Part shown: in pieces, positions 1 to 11,159 of the stretch
Layout of the letters: every line of letters starts with the position of its first letter
How positions within the stretch are numbered: the first letter of the stretch is position 1
Assembly (NCBI GenBank): GCA_014905635.1
Contig: JABVCE010000023.1
Location: 186,001-250,000, forward strand
From: Scenedesmus sp. PABB004
Lineage: Eukaryota
Length of the DNA: 64,000 bases
Direction of reading: 5' to 3'
Position numbers and translations under genes: made by a program
Notes under the pieces: generated by a model
Seen by the model: the letters and a program-made list of their open reading frames with translations, nothing else
The model's database searches: none
What the model was told of the DNA's origin: nothing

Positions 1-1491
1 CTCCGCCGCCGGCGCCGCGCCGACGCCGTCGCGTGCCAGGTCGTGCACCGCGTTGACCTCCTGCTGCAGCGCGTTGACCTCCTGCTGGAGCGCCACCTCT
101 GTGCTGACCAACCGCACTTCCTCCTGCAGCGCGGCGGCCGCCGCCTGCAGCTCCAGCAGCTGCGCCAGGCTGCCGGCGGCCTCGCGCTTGGCCGCCGCCG
201 CCTCGCCCTCTGCCTCGGCGCAGGCCGCCTCCGCAGCTGCGGCGGCCGCCTGCGCCGCGTGCGCCGCGCGCGCCGCCTGCTGGCCCTGCGCCTCCAGCTC
301 CGCCAGGCGCGTGCTCGCCTCGACAGCCTGCACTGCCTGCAGCATCTCAGCCGCTGCGCGCGCCGCCTGCGCAGCGTCCAGCTGGCGCTGCAGGTCGGCG
401 ACCGCTGCGGCCGGCGGCCGCTGCAGGGCGCCGGCCCGCTGCGCCGCCGCGACGGCGGCGGCATCCAGCACCGCCTGGGCCCCTGCGTCGGCCTGCGCCA
501 CCAGCTGCTCCAGCTGCGCAAGCGCGGCCGTCAGCGGCCCGGCCAGCTGCTCGCGCACCCGCACTGCGTCCGCGCACAGGGCCGCCGCCGCGTCGCCGGC
601 CGGCGGCGCCGGCGCCAGCTGCGGCGACGCAGCCTGGCGCGCCAGTTGCTGCTGCAGCTCTGCGAACGACGCCTGGATGCGGCGCAGCTCGCCGTCAAAC
701 TCTGCCCGCGACGCCGCGAGCTGCGCCGCGTGCGTTTCGCCCGCCCGCTGCTGCGCGGCGTCCGCCTCGGCGCACTCCCGCCTCGCCGCGTCGAGCGCGG
801 CGCGCAGCTGGTGCAGCTCGGCGTCCGCGGCGTCGCGCGCCGCGGCGCGCTCCTGGCGCTCGGCGTGCAGCGCGGCCCCCAGCTGCTCCAGCTCCGCGCG
901 ATGCTGCGCCGCGGCTGCCGCCAGCTGCGCGGCGAGGCCGTCGGCCCGCGCCCGCTGCTCCGCCAGCAACGACGCGTTCGCCTGCTCCAGCGCCGCCATG
1001 ACCTGCGCCGCCGCCGCCGCCTGCGCGGCCGCCTCGCGCCGCGCCGCGGCCAGCTCGGCCGCCGCCTCCGCCGCCTGCCCCCGCGCCGCCGCCCAGCCGC
1101 GCAGCGCGTCCGCCGCCGCCGCCTCGGCCGCCGACAGCGCGCCCGACAGCCGCGCGCCCTCCGCGACGTGCGCCGCGAGCAGGCGCTTCGCGCGCGCGTA
1201 CTTGGCGACCACGCGCGGCGCGTCCAGCCCCGCGCAGCTCGACGCGCTGCCGCCGCTCGCCGCGCTGCCCGCCGGCGACGGCGGCGCGCGCGGGCTGCTC
1301 ATCTTGCTCAGCGGCGAGCGGCCGCCCCGGGCGAGCGGCTGGGCCATGAGGGGGAGGTCGTCCGGGGCGGCGCCGGCGGCGGCGGCGGCGTCAGCGGCGG
1401 CGGCGTGCGCGCCGCGCCCGCCGCTCGGCGGCGACGGCGGCGCCTGCCCGGACTGGGCTGCCGGCGGTGCGGCAGGCCGGCCGGCCTGCAT
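1..1491 (-). CDS. Ala/Glu/Gln-rich coiled-coil protein, 3' end beyond window start
   Basis: Open minus frame from ATG at 1491 (in-frame TAA upstream at 1594-1596) to the window edge: MQAGRPAAPP...MAQPLARGGRSPLSKMSSP...VVAKYARAKRLLAAHVAEGARL, then heptad-like ELAAARREAAAQ, ELEQL, QLQQQLARQ. The plus-strand ORF 53..1651 is its S/A/C-rich antisense shadow. Confidence 0.75.
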   Translation of the reverse strand, partial: MQAGRPAAPPAAQSGQAPPSPPSGGRGAHAAAADAAAAAGAAPDDLPLMAQPLARGGRSPLSKMSSPRAPPSPAGSAASGGSASSCAGLDAPRVVAKYARAKRLLAAHVAEGARLSGALSAAEAAAADALRGWAAARGQAAEAAAELAAARREAAAQAAAAAQVMAALEQANASLLAEQRARADGLAAQLAAAAAQHRAELEQLGAALHAERQERAAARDAADAELHQLRAALDAARRECAEADAAQQRAGETHAAQLAASRAEFDGELRRIQASFAELQQQLARQAASPQLAPAPPAGDAAAALCADAVRVREQLAGPLTAALAQLEQLVAQADAGAQAVLDAAAVAAAQRAGALQRPPAAAVADLQRQLDAAQAARAAAEMLQAVQAVEASTRLAELEAQGQQAARAAHAAQAAAAAAEAACAEAEGEAAAAKREAAGSLAQLLELQAAAAALQEEVRLVSTEVALQQEVNALQQEVNAVHDLARDGVGAAPAAE

Positions 1492-1984
1492 GCGGTGGGC
1501 GCGCCGGCGGGTGTGTTTCGAACAGCCGCGGCGCCGCCGCGCCGCTCTCCTCTTCCTGGGGCTGCAGCGGCGCTGCTGGTCGTGGGTCGCGGGTTACGGG
1601 GAGCATGCCGGCGCTCGCAGTTGCTTGCCGGCACACCAACGCGAGCGGTGAGCCCTTGCACCTCGCCCGGCCGGCTGCCCGGCGCGCTGCGCCGAGCGCG
1701 CCCGGCCCCGGGCAGCGCCCACACACACGCCCGTGGCCCGCTCCCCGCACGCCCGGCACGCCCGTCGCGGCCCGCCGCCCTCCCTGCGCGCGCCCGCCGG
1801 CGGCATTGCATGCCCTGGTCGCCGCATGCCCAGGCTCCGTGCGGCGCGACCTGCAGCAGTCTCCGGCCCTGGCCTGAGACCCTCCATGCGGCTCTGCTAG
1901 CCGGCGGAGGCCCAGCCAGTCGCAGCGGCAGCGAGAGCAGGAGCAGCAGCAGCGGCGCCGGCGCGCCGCCCCGGAGCAGGCGCC

Positions 1985-4649
1985 ATGCAGAACATCGGCG
2001 GCGAGAACGCGGGCGATGCCTTCTACAGGTACAAGATGCCCAAGCTCATTGCCAAGGTGCGGCGGGCCCCCCGCGGCGCGCAGGCGGGCGGCGGGGCGCC
2101 ATGCCCCTCCCTGCCGCCCGCCCCGGCGCGCTGCGGCGCCGCGCCGGCCCGGCAGCGCGGCAGCGGTGGGAGGGCGGCGCGCCCGAGCGCTGGGAGGCGG
2201 CGCAGGGGCGCCATGGGCCTCCGTCGCAGCGCGGCAGCGCCGCCCGCGTGCGGCCCACGCCGCCCGGACGGCGCGCGCAGATTGAGGGCCGCGGCAACGG
2301 CATCAAGACCAACGTCGTGAACAACGTGGACATCGCCAAGGCCCTGGAGCGGCCGCCCGAGTGTGCGTCGCCGCGGGCGGGCCGATGCGCCGGCGAGCGG
2401 AGGGCGCCGGCGCCCCCGCCCCAGCCGGGGCCCCTCGATCCCGCCCCAGCCGCGGCAGCTGCTGCAAGCACCGCGGTGCCGCCCGCCGCGCCGGCCGGCT
2501 CACGCGCCCGCTGCCGCCCGCCGCCCGCCGCTGCGCGCCGCCGCAGACATCCTCAAGTTTTACGGCTGCGAGCTCGGCGCGCAGACCAACTTCGACAAGA
2601 ACACGGGGACGTCGATCGTGAACGGCGCGCACGACCAGAAGAAGCTCGCGGAGCTGCTCGAGGGGTTCATCAAAAAGTACGTGCAGTGCTACTCGTGCGG
2701 CAACCCCGAGACGACCGTGAAGATCCGCAAGGAGTTCATCTACCTCAAGTGCAAGGCCTGCGGCTTTGTGAGCGACGTCGACATGCGGCACAAGGTCAAC
2801 ACGTTCATCCTCAAGAACCCGCCCGAGAACAAGATGTCCAAGGAGGAGAAGCGGTGCGGCGGCCGCGGCGGCGGCCGCTGCGGCGGCCGCGGCGCGCGGG
2901 CGCGGCGGCAGGGGCAGCAGGGGCGGCTGCGTGTGGCTGCGTGCGGCAGCAGGGGCGGCGACGGGCGGCAGCAGAGGCCGCGGCGGCCGCCGCGGCGGCA
3001 GCGGCTGGCGCGCGCCCGCGCCCGTGCCCACGCGCCGGCGCGCCGCGTCGCGCGCGCGCCGCGCGCAGGCTGAAGAAGGCCGAGGACGAGCGCATGCGCG
3101 ACGCGCACGAGGCGGCGGCCAAGGAGAAGAAGGAGAAGAAGGAGAAGAAGGACAAGGAGAAGAAGAAGGACAAGAAGTGAGACTGACTGACTGATGCGTT
3201 GATGCATTGGGCCACAGCCTGCCGGCTTGCGCATTGGCGCTGGGGGCGGCGCGGCCCGCCGGCAGCGGGCGGGCGGGCGGGCGGGCGGCAGCAGGCGGCG
3301 GCAGGCGGCAGCAGGCGGCAGCAGGTGGCAGACGGCGGCAGGCGGCGGCGGCGTGCTCAGCGCCGCGCCGCTCGCCCGCGCCGCGCGCAGGGACAAGAAG
3401 AAGAAGAAGGGCGAGGAGGGCGAGGAGGGCGAGGCGGAGGCCTCGGGCGAGGCCGCGGCCGGCGGCAGCGGCGACGACGGCGCCGAGGAGGAGGAGAGCG
3501 ACGACGGCGTGGTGTGGATGACCGACACCAGCGCCGAGGCGGTCGCCGCGCGCGCGGCGGAGCAGCTCACCTCGGCGACGGCGGCGATGGTCACGCAGGG
3601 CAACATCGAGGCGGAGCGCGCCGAGGCCAAGAAGCGCGCCAAGGCGGAGGCCAAGAAGAAGGCGCGGCGCGGCGCGGGGGGCGGGGCGGGGCGGGAAGGG
3701 GCAGGGCGGGCGGCGGGGCGGCGGGGCGGCGGGGCGGCGGGGCGGCGGGGCGGGGCGGGCGGGCGGCAGCGCCCCGCCCGCGGCCGCCCGCTCACGCCGC
3801 CGCGGCGCCCTCGCCCGCGCGCAGGCCGAGGAGGAGGCGCAGCGCCGCGCCGCCGAGGCGGCCGCGGCGCGCGCGGCGCTCGAGGCGGGCAACAAGCTGG
3901 AGCCGGGCGTGGCGGAGCTCGCGCTGCGCGGGCTGCTCGCCGAGGCGGGCTGGGCGTGGGCCGACGGCAGCTGCGCGCCCGCGGCGGCCGCCAAGGTCGC
4001 CGCCGGCGGGCTGGCCAAGAAGCTGGTCGTCGAGGGCGGCGTCGCGGCCAAGGCGCGCGCGCTCTACGCCGCGCTGTTCACGCCCGAGGCGCCCGCCGCG
4101 TCGCCCGACGGCGACGCCGACGCAAGCCCGCCCGACTCGCCGCGCGCGGCCAACGGCGCCGGCGGCGCGCCCAAGCTCGCGCCGGCGATCGCCACCGCGG
4201 CGGAGCTGCTCGCGCAGCTCGCGCACGACGCGCCGGGGCAGCTGGCGCAGCTGGTGGCGCTCGAGTGGCTGCTCACGGTGAGGAGCTGCGGGCGCCCACC
4301 TCGCAGCGCGCGCGGCGCGGGCGCGCGCGCACGCACGCGGCGGCAGCGCGCCGCGGCAGCAGAGCGCGCCGCCGTCCCACGCCGCGCGTGCCGCCCGCCG
4401 CGCCGCGCCGCGCAGGTGGGCGCGCCCGAGAAGCTGCCCGAGGCGGCGCACGCGCTCAAGGCGGCGTACGAGGCTGACCTGGCGGAGGAGGACATCATTG
4501 TCGCCTGGCACGCGCGCGCCGACGCGGCCAAGGTGCTCGGCGTGCCGCCGGGCGGCGCGGCCGACGTGCGCAAGGGCGTGGCCGCGCTCGTCGAGTGGCT
4601 GCAGGAGGCGGAGAGCGACAGCGAGGAGGACGACAGCGACGACGAGTGA
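1985..4649 (+). CDS. EIF5: Eukaryotic translation initiation factor 5 (7 exons)
   Basis: Spliced product [65 protein letters not shown]...KYVQCYSCGNPET...CKACG (eIF5/eIF2B zinc ribbon), Lys-rich linker, and C-terminal W2 domain (YEADLAEEDIIVAWH...VEWLQEAESDSEEDD). Intron 3662-3824 is GC-AG. Confidence 0.96.
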
Positions 4650-5227
4650 GCGGCGTCGGCGCGGGGGCTTGCAACACAACCGCGCGCACTGGTCGGGCGG
4701 CGTGTGGAGGCGCAGCGGCGCGCCCGCACGCGCGGAGCTTCGGGGCCCAGCCGCTGGCCGCGCGGCGGCGGGCGGCGACGGGGCGGGTAGGCAGGGCTTG
4801 CTGTTGGCGCGCGTAGGTTGCAGGGGCCTGGCGGTAATCGAATCGCGGCGGGCTGCGGCGACTCCACGCGGCGCGCGCGAGCAGCGGGCGGCGCCGGGTG
4901 CCGCCGGGCCGCAGCGGACCGCAGCTCCGTCGATCGGCGCAGGCTGCGCGTCGCGTGCGCGCGCGCGCGTTGGGTCCGGCTTCCGGCTTCCGCAGAAGCT
5001 CCCCACCGGCCCTTCGCCAGGCCTCCCTGCGCCTCCCCTGCGCCTCCCGCGGGGCCGCCCGCACCATTCTGAGCTCGTGAATCCCTCCCCCTATCCATCG
5101 CGCCGCGCGTACACACACCGCGCGCCCCACACACGCGCCGCGAGAGCGCTGCAGCAGCGAGCGCCGGCCCGCGCCGGAGACGCCCGACGAGCCCGCGCGC
5201 CCATCGCGTCGGACCCAGCGAGCCGCC

Positions 5228-8200
5228 ATGCGCATCCACGCGCGGTCCCGCGGGCTGCTGCTGCTCGCGCTGGCGGCGGCCGCGGCCACCACGGCGGCCG
5301 GCCGTCGCGCCGACCGCGGCCTGCTGTCGGAGCCCGCGCCGCTGGCCGGCGACGGCACGCTGCCCCCTGGCGACGCCGGCGCGATGCGCGAGGTCGCGCG
5401 CGCGCTGGCGGCCGCGCGCGGTCAACGCGCTGCGGCGGGCGCGGTCGACTCGGTGTCTGCGGCGTCGCTGGACTACGAAAACGAGGTATTTGTGCCCGAC
5501 GGCAGCGTCACGGTGCCCGTGGCGGTGACGATCGTGGAGCCGTCGCCCGGGGACAGCCCCGCCGGCCGCTATTACGACACCACGGACCGCAGCGCGGGCG
5601 TCGCCGCCGCGGTCGCGGCGCTCAACTCGGCGTTCAGCGGCGCGCGCGCCGGCGGGCGCGACACGCCGTTCCGGTTCAAGCTCTGCGCGACCAAGACCGT
5701 GCTCGACAGCGCCGCGTACGCGGCGCCGCCGCTCGCGGCCGCCGACGCGGCGATGCGTGTCGCGAACCGCCGCGGCGGGCGCGCGACGCTAAACCTCTAT
5801 GTCAAGCCCCTCAACGCCGGCGCCGCCGCCGACGCGGCCCCCGTCTACGGTTCGACCACGTATCCCTGGTGCGGCCGGGTCGCTGGGTCGCCGTGCCCCG
5901 CCCGCGCGCCTCCCCTCCGGCCCGCGCGCGCCCGCTCGCCTCACCGCCGCCGCGCCGCCGCCGCCCTCTCCCCACATAGGTGGATCACCTACCCGCCCGC
6001 GGAGATGCCTGATTATGACACGCCCCTGGACGGCGTGGCCGTGGATGGCGCGCTGCTGCTCCCGGGCGCGACCTGGGGCGGCGCGCCGGTGCCCGGCGCG
6101 CAGCCCGGCCGCATCGCGCACGACGTCGCGCACTGGTTCGGCCTGCTGGTGCGCACTGGGCAGGAGGCTGCCGCGCGTGGGGGGCCGCAGCGCGCCGCGC
6201 GCAGCCCGCGCCGCGCCAGCACGCGGGCCCGACCCGCCGCCGCCGCCGCGCCCGCCGCCCGCCCGCGCGCCGCCGCGCAGGACACCTACCACGCCACGCG
6301 CCTCGTGAGCCCGGGGCAGTGCGCCGTCGACAGCGCCGGCCTGGAGGAGTACAATGACGCGGGCGACCTCTGCGCCGACACGCCGCCGCACCTCGCGCCC
6401 GCGAGCGCCGCCGACGCCGACTGCGACGCGACCCCGCGCGCGACTCGTGCCCAAACCTCCCGGGCAGCGACCCGCAGATGAACATCATGGTGCGCGCGCC
6501 GCCGCCGCTGGGGCGCTGCGCCTGGCCGGCTGCACGCGCCGCCGCCGCCGCCGCAGCAGCCGGGGCGGGGCGCGCGCGCGCGCGGGGGCGAGGGCGCCGC
6601 CCGAGCGCCGCGCGCGCCGCCGCCGCCGCCGCCGCGCTGCCGCGCAGAACAACGTGGACGCCAAGTGCATGGTCACGTGGAGCCTCTGCCAGCGCAACAC
6701 GCTGGACGTGTTTTTCGACTACTTCCGCGGCTCCGCGGCGGCGCCGCGCCGCCCGGTCGCGCGTGCCGACGCGTTCACGGGCGTCTCGCCGAGCGCGCCG
6801 ACGGTGCTGCGCGTGTTTGACAACGACGCGAACGCCGACGCGGCGCCGCTGGCCGTGGACGACCTCGCCTGGACGGTCACGTCGCCGCCGGCCAAGGGCA
6901 GCCTGTCGGTCGCGGACGGCGGCCGCGCGCTGCTCTACACGCCCGGCCCCGGCGCGTCCGGGAGCGACAGCTTCAGCTACCGGGCGTTCAGTTGCATGGG
7001 CGAGAGCCCCTCCTCGGCGCGCGTCAGCATCACGTTCGCGCCGCCGCCCGCGGCGGACGCCTGCCCGGCCGCGGGCCTGCCGCCGTGCGTCGACGCCGGG
7101 CGCGGGCAGCTGCTGGACGGCAAGCCGCCCTGCCCCGACGGCGCCTGGTGCGCCCCGAGCGCGAGCGGCGCCAACACCTGCGCCTGGCCGCTCACGCCCG
7201 GGCGCGAGTGCCGCACGGCGGCGGGCCCGTGCGACGGGGCGGAGGTCTGCGGCGCGGCGTCCGAGGCCTGCCCGCCGGACGCGTTTGTGGAGCGCGACAC
7301 GCCGTGCGGGCCGTCGCCCAGCGACGCGTGCGGCGTGCTCCCCGTCTGCAGTGGCACCGCCGCCGCCTGCCCGTCCGCGTTCCTGCTCCCCGGCACGACC
7401 TGCCGCGCGTCCACCGGTGAGCACGCCGCGCCGCGCCGCGTCGCGCCGCGCCAGCCCGCGGCGCAGCGCAGCTCCCGCGGCGGCGCAGGGGCCCGGGCTC
7501 ACGCGCCGCGCCGCGCCGCCGCCGCGCAGGCCCGTGCGACCCGGCCGAGCGCTGCGAGAGCGCCGGCGGCGGCGCCACCCGGTGCCCCGCCGACGTGGCC
7601 GACGTCTGCGCCAACGCCTGCCCCACCGGTCTGCAGGGCTGCGCCGAGGCCACAGGTGCGCCGCGGCGGCGGCCGCGCCTCGCCGGCCGCCACCGGCAGC
7701 GCGCGGTGCCCGCCGTGGACGCCGTGCGCCCCGCCCGACCCCCCCCCCCCTTGCGCCGCGCCGCGCGCAGGCAAGGTGGTGCTGCCGCTCGGCGCGGCGT
7801 GCGCGCCGGGCACGTACTGCCTGTCTGTCTCCAAGGCCGCCGCCGCGCTGAAGGGCATCGGCTCAGCCTTCCGCTGCCAGTACGCCTTCAAGCCCCGTGG
7901 CACCGTCTGCCGCGCCGGCGAGGCGGGCAACGCCTGCCAGCCGGCCGAGGTCTGCACCGGGCGCGGCCCCAGCTGCCCGCCCGAGCAGGCGACCGACGGC
8001 GCCGTGTGCTCGCCCGGCGCCGCCGCGCTGTGGGGGCCGAGCGCCGCCACCGAGCGCGTGCCCGCCAGCGCCAGCGTGACCGACGCCGTCGCGGCGGCCG
8101 CCGGCTTCTCGCGCTGCGGCGCGTGCGCCGCGTTCGGCTGCGCCCAGCCGTCCGCCGGGTGGGCGTTCTGCAAGTCGCGCGTGCGCACATGCGCCGCAGC

Positions 8201-8426
8201 CGACGCGGCCGCGGGCAACCTCTGCTCGGCCGGCGGCTCGCTGGTGTGGACTGCCAGGCTCGGGTCGGCCACCGTCACCACCGTCGCGAGCCCGGGTGCC
8301 TTCGCATCGCCCACGGCCGCGCGCGCTGCGGGCTTCACGTCCTGCGGGCGCTGCGTGCCGGCCGCCGGCGGCGCCGCCTGCAGCACGGCCGCGCCGGACC
8401 GCGCGTGGTGCAAGGCCGTGGTGTGA
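5228..8426 (+). CDS. Secreted M43 (pappalysin/ulilysin-like) metalloprotease-domain protein with bacterial Ig-like domain and disintegrin-like repeats; apparent frameshift near 6435
   Basis: Signal peptide (GLLLLALAAAAATTAAG). M43-like motifs LNLYV, TYPW, DGVAV, HDVAHWFGLL|DTY, GDLCADTP, DSCPNLPGSDPQMNIM|NNVDAKCM. Ig-like segment PVARADAF...VFDNDANAD...PAKGSLSV...LLYTP...GSDSFSY. Repeats of the type CRTAAGPCDGAEVCGAASEACPPD. Five GT-AG introns. Confidence 0.8.
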
Positions 8427-8591
8427 GCACGCCGCGCGGCTGTACAGCCGCACATGTGCGGCGGCGGGCTTGAACCAATTCCTGCATCGCGTGTTGTTTT
8501 CCTGTGCGTTCGCATCGTGCACTGTCGCGCTCGATCGATGACTCGGTCGGTCGATCACTGCACTTTTGGCATGCGTTGAGATCACGCACGA

Positions 8592-8879
8592 TCACTTACG
8601 TCCCATCTTGACCATACCCCTTGACTGTGAACTGCTGGCAGGGTGAGATGCACTCCCTGGCAACTGAGCTGCCCGCGTCGGACGCCGGCCAAGCGCGTTG
8701 ACCTCGGGCACCGCGCGCCCGGCGCGCGCGTAGGCCGCGGCGCGGCGGGCCCTCTCCAGGGCGCCGCACACGCGGGTGAAAGCGTTGGCCAATTCGCCAG
8801 CCGCGCGCGACGGCGGCGCGGCGGTTGCCGGCGGAGCCGCCGCGGTGCAACGCTGCGGCGCGGCCGCCGACTGCGCCAT
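8592..8879 (-). CDS. Possible small orphan protein (~95 aa)
   Basis: ATG at 8879. The core [37 protein letters not shown] has strong third-position GC like neighbouring genes. No recognisable domain. Confidence 0.25.
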   Translation of the reverse strand: MAQSAAAPQRCTAAAPPATAAPPSRAAGELANAFTRVCGALERARRAAAYARAGRAVPEVNALGRRPTRAAQLPGSASHPASSSQSRGMVKMGRK

Positions 8880-9500
8880 TGGCCCCCGCGGTTGCAGCAC
8901 CAGCACTCATCCAGAGCCAGCATACTGCGAGAACGCCGTTGGGGACGGCGCTCGCGCGCCGAACGGGCGGCAACCGCCAGTCCGCAGGCGTCCCCTCAGC
9001 CCGCAGGCATCCCTGAGGTGGCATCGAACCAGCGCGCGGTGCTTCGGCGCGCCTCGCGGGACAGGCGGGCCCCGTGCGAGGCGCGGGGCAGCGCCGGGCG
9101 CATCGCTGCCGCCCCATGGCCCCCTGGAGCCGCCAGGTGCGGCGGGGTGCCCGTCAATTCTCGCGCACGGGCGTTGCGGCGCTGCCCGGCCATTGGCCAG
9201 GGCCAGGCGGCGCCCGGCGGCGGCGCGGGGGGCCTTGCAGCAGCGCTGCGAGCTGCCGCTCGCCGCCGGCGCCGTGGCGGCGCGGCGGCGCGCGCATCAA
9301 CAGTCAAGCCGTGCAGCCGGGCACAGCGGACCCGGGCACAGCGCCCCGCCGGCCAGCCGGGCGCGCCACACCGCGCGGGCCCACGCGCTGCGGAGCGCAG
9401 CGGCCACTGAAGCGGCCACTCGGCGCCGCGCGGCCACGCCCGCCGCGCCCGGCCCCACGCCCGCCGCCCGCGCGCGCCCGCGCCCGCGGACGTGCCGCAG

Positions 9501-9781
9501 GGCAACAACAAGAAGCGGCCCGCGGCGCCTGACTGCGACGGCGGCGACGGGGCGCGCGTGAGCGTGCTGCAGTCGTACGCGCGCGCGCCGGCCGAGCTCG
9601 CGGCGTTTGGCGGCGGCGGCCAGCTCAGCCACCTGTCGTTCGGCGAGGTGCTGGCGGCCTTCCCGGACGGCGAGCTGCCGCAGCAGCCGTTTGCGTGCAA
9701 GGGCTGCGCGTGGCGCCTGGCGGCGGCGCCCGCGCCAGACGGCAGCGGCCGCACGCTGCACCTCGCGGTGTTGCAGCCCGA

Positions 9782-9826
<45 letters not shown>

Positions 9827-10821
9827 CCTCCTGTTCGCGCCGCCGGACGCCGACGCGCACGCGCTCGCCGCGCGGGTGTCGCGCGCTCACAAGATGACAG
9901 CCAACGGCAGCAGCGCGGCGCCGCCCGCCAAGCAGCTGGCGCTGAACGGGCTGCACAGCGGCGGCGGCGCCGTGGCGCCCTACGACGCCGGCGGCTATGA
10001 CGCCGGCGGCCGCGGCGGCGCCGCGAGCCCGGGGCCCCACGCGAGCGGGCACCACTACACGCGCCAGCACTCGGCGCCGTGCGGCGGCGGCGGCGACGCG
10101 AGCCCGTACGACGCGGCGGCCGCGGCGGCGCGCGCGGGCGACGTCGAGGCGGAGCGCCGCAAGTTCACGCGCAACCTGCTGGCCGCGGGGAACAAGAAGG
10201 AGTCGCTGGAGCGCTACAAGGCGATCATGGCGCTCATCACCTCCTGCAAGCGCCGCCTCGCAGACGCGCTGCCGCACGGCGGCGCGTGCGTGCCCGGCGC
10301 CGCGCCGGGGCTCGCGTGGGGCGCGGAGCCGGGCGCGGGGCTCGCGCAGGCGGTGCTGGACGTCGGCGAGGCGCTCGCGAGCTTTGGCAACGCGCACTTC
10401 CCGGAGCGCAGCAACGAGGGCCGCGCGATCCTCGCGGGCGACTACCGCGCGCTGCTGCGGACGTACCTGTCCGCCTTTGGCTGGCTCTTTGCGCCGCCGG
10501 CCAAGGACGGCCTCAGCGCCGACCTGCAGGAGGAGGTCGCGTCGGTGGGCAGCCTGCTCGCGACGCGGTGCGAGGCGTACGACCTGCTGTACGACCAGCT
10601 CGTGCGCCACGTGGGCCTCGAGGGCCGCGGCGGGCCCACCACGCTGGTGCTCAACCACAACACCGCGGCGGCGCACCCGAGCACGAGCATCACCGCCAAC
10701 CCCACCAACACGACGACCGCGAGCGCAAACGCGAGCAGCAAGGCGAGCGTGCGCGGCCTCGGCGCGGCGGGCCTCGCCGCGGCGGGGCTGCTCGGCCTGC
10801 TGCTGCTGCGCGGCGCGCGCC

Positions 10822-10852
<31 letters not shown>

Positions 10853-11159
10853 GCGCGGCAAGGGCGGCAAGGGCGGCGGCGGCGACGCCGGCGCGGCGGG
10901 CGCCGGCGGCGGCGGCCGGCCGCTGCGCGTGCCACGCGGCAAGGGCGGGCGCGAGCTGCTGCTGGTGAGCCAGCTGAGCGCGTGCGGCGAGGAGCTGCGC
11001 CGCGCGCGGGGCAACGACGAGCTGCTGCGGGACGACTGGCGCCTGGGGCGGCACGTGCGGCTCGCGTGGCCGCCGGGGCCGCCGCTGCCGCCCGGCTACG
11101 AGGCGGTCGCGCCGGACGCGTGCAACGTGAGCGCGCTGCTGCAGGAGATGTACGGCTGA
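9501..11159 (+). CDS. Hypothetical protein with polyQ tract and a putative membrane segment; 5' exon uncertain
   Basis: Long frame with gene-like codon usage and balanced composition (KFTRNLLAAGNKKESLERYKAIMALITSCK; YRALLRTYLSAFGWLF), starting after acceptor-like CCGCAG at 9500. Hydrophobic stretch GLAAAGLLGLLLL. A possible first exon is ATG..CAG|GT near 9116-9136. Confidence 0.65.
9785..9824 (+). repeat. (CAG)n microsatellite encoding polyQ
   Basis: About 13 consecutive CAG codons. Confidence 0.9.

Noticed and set aside
3178..3200. In-frame TGA after the eIF5 Lys-rich exon as premature stop or selenocysteine
   Set aside because: It is part of the GTGAG donor. Splicing to 3391 restores the frame.
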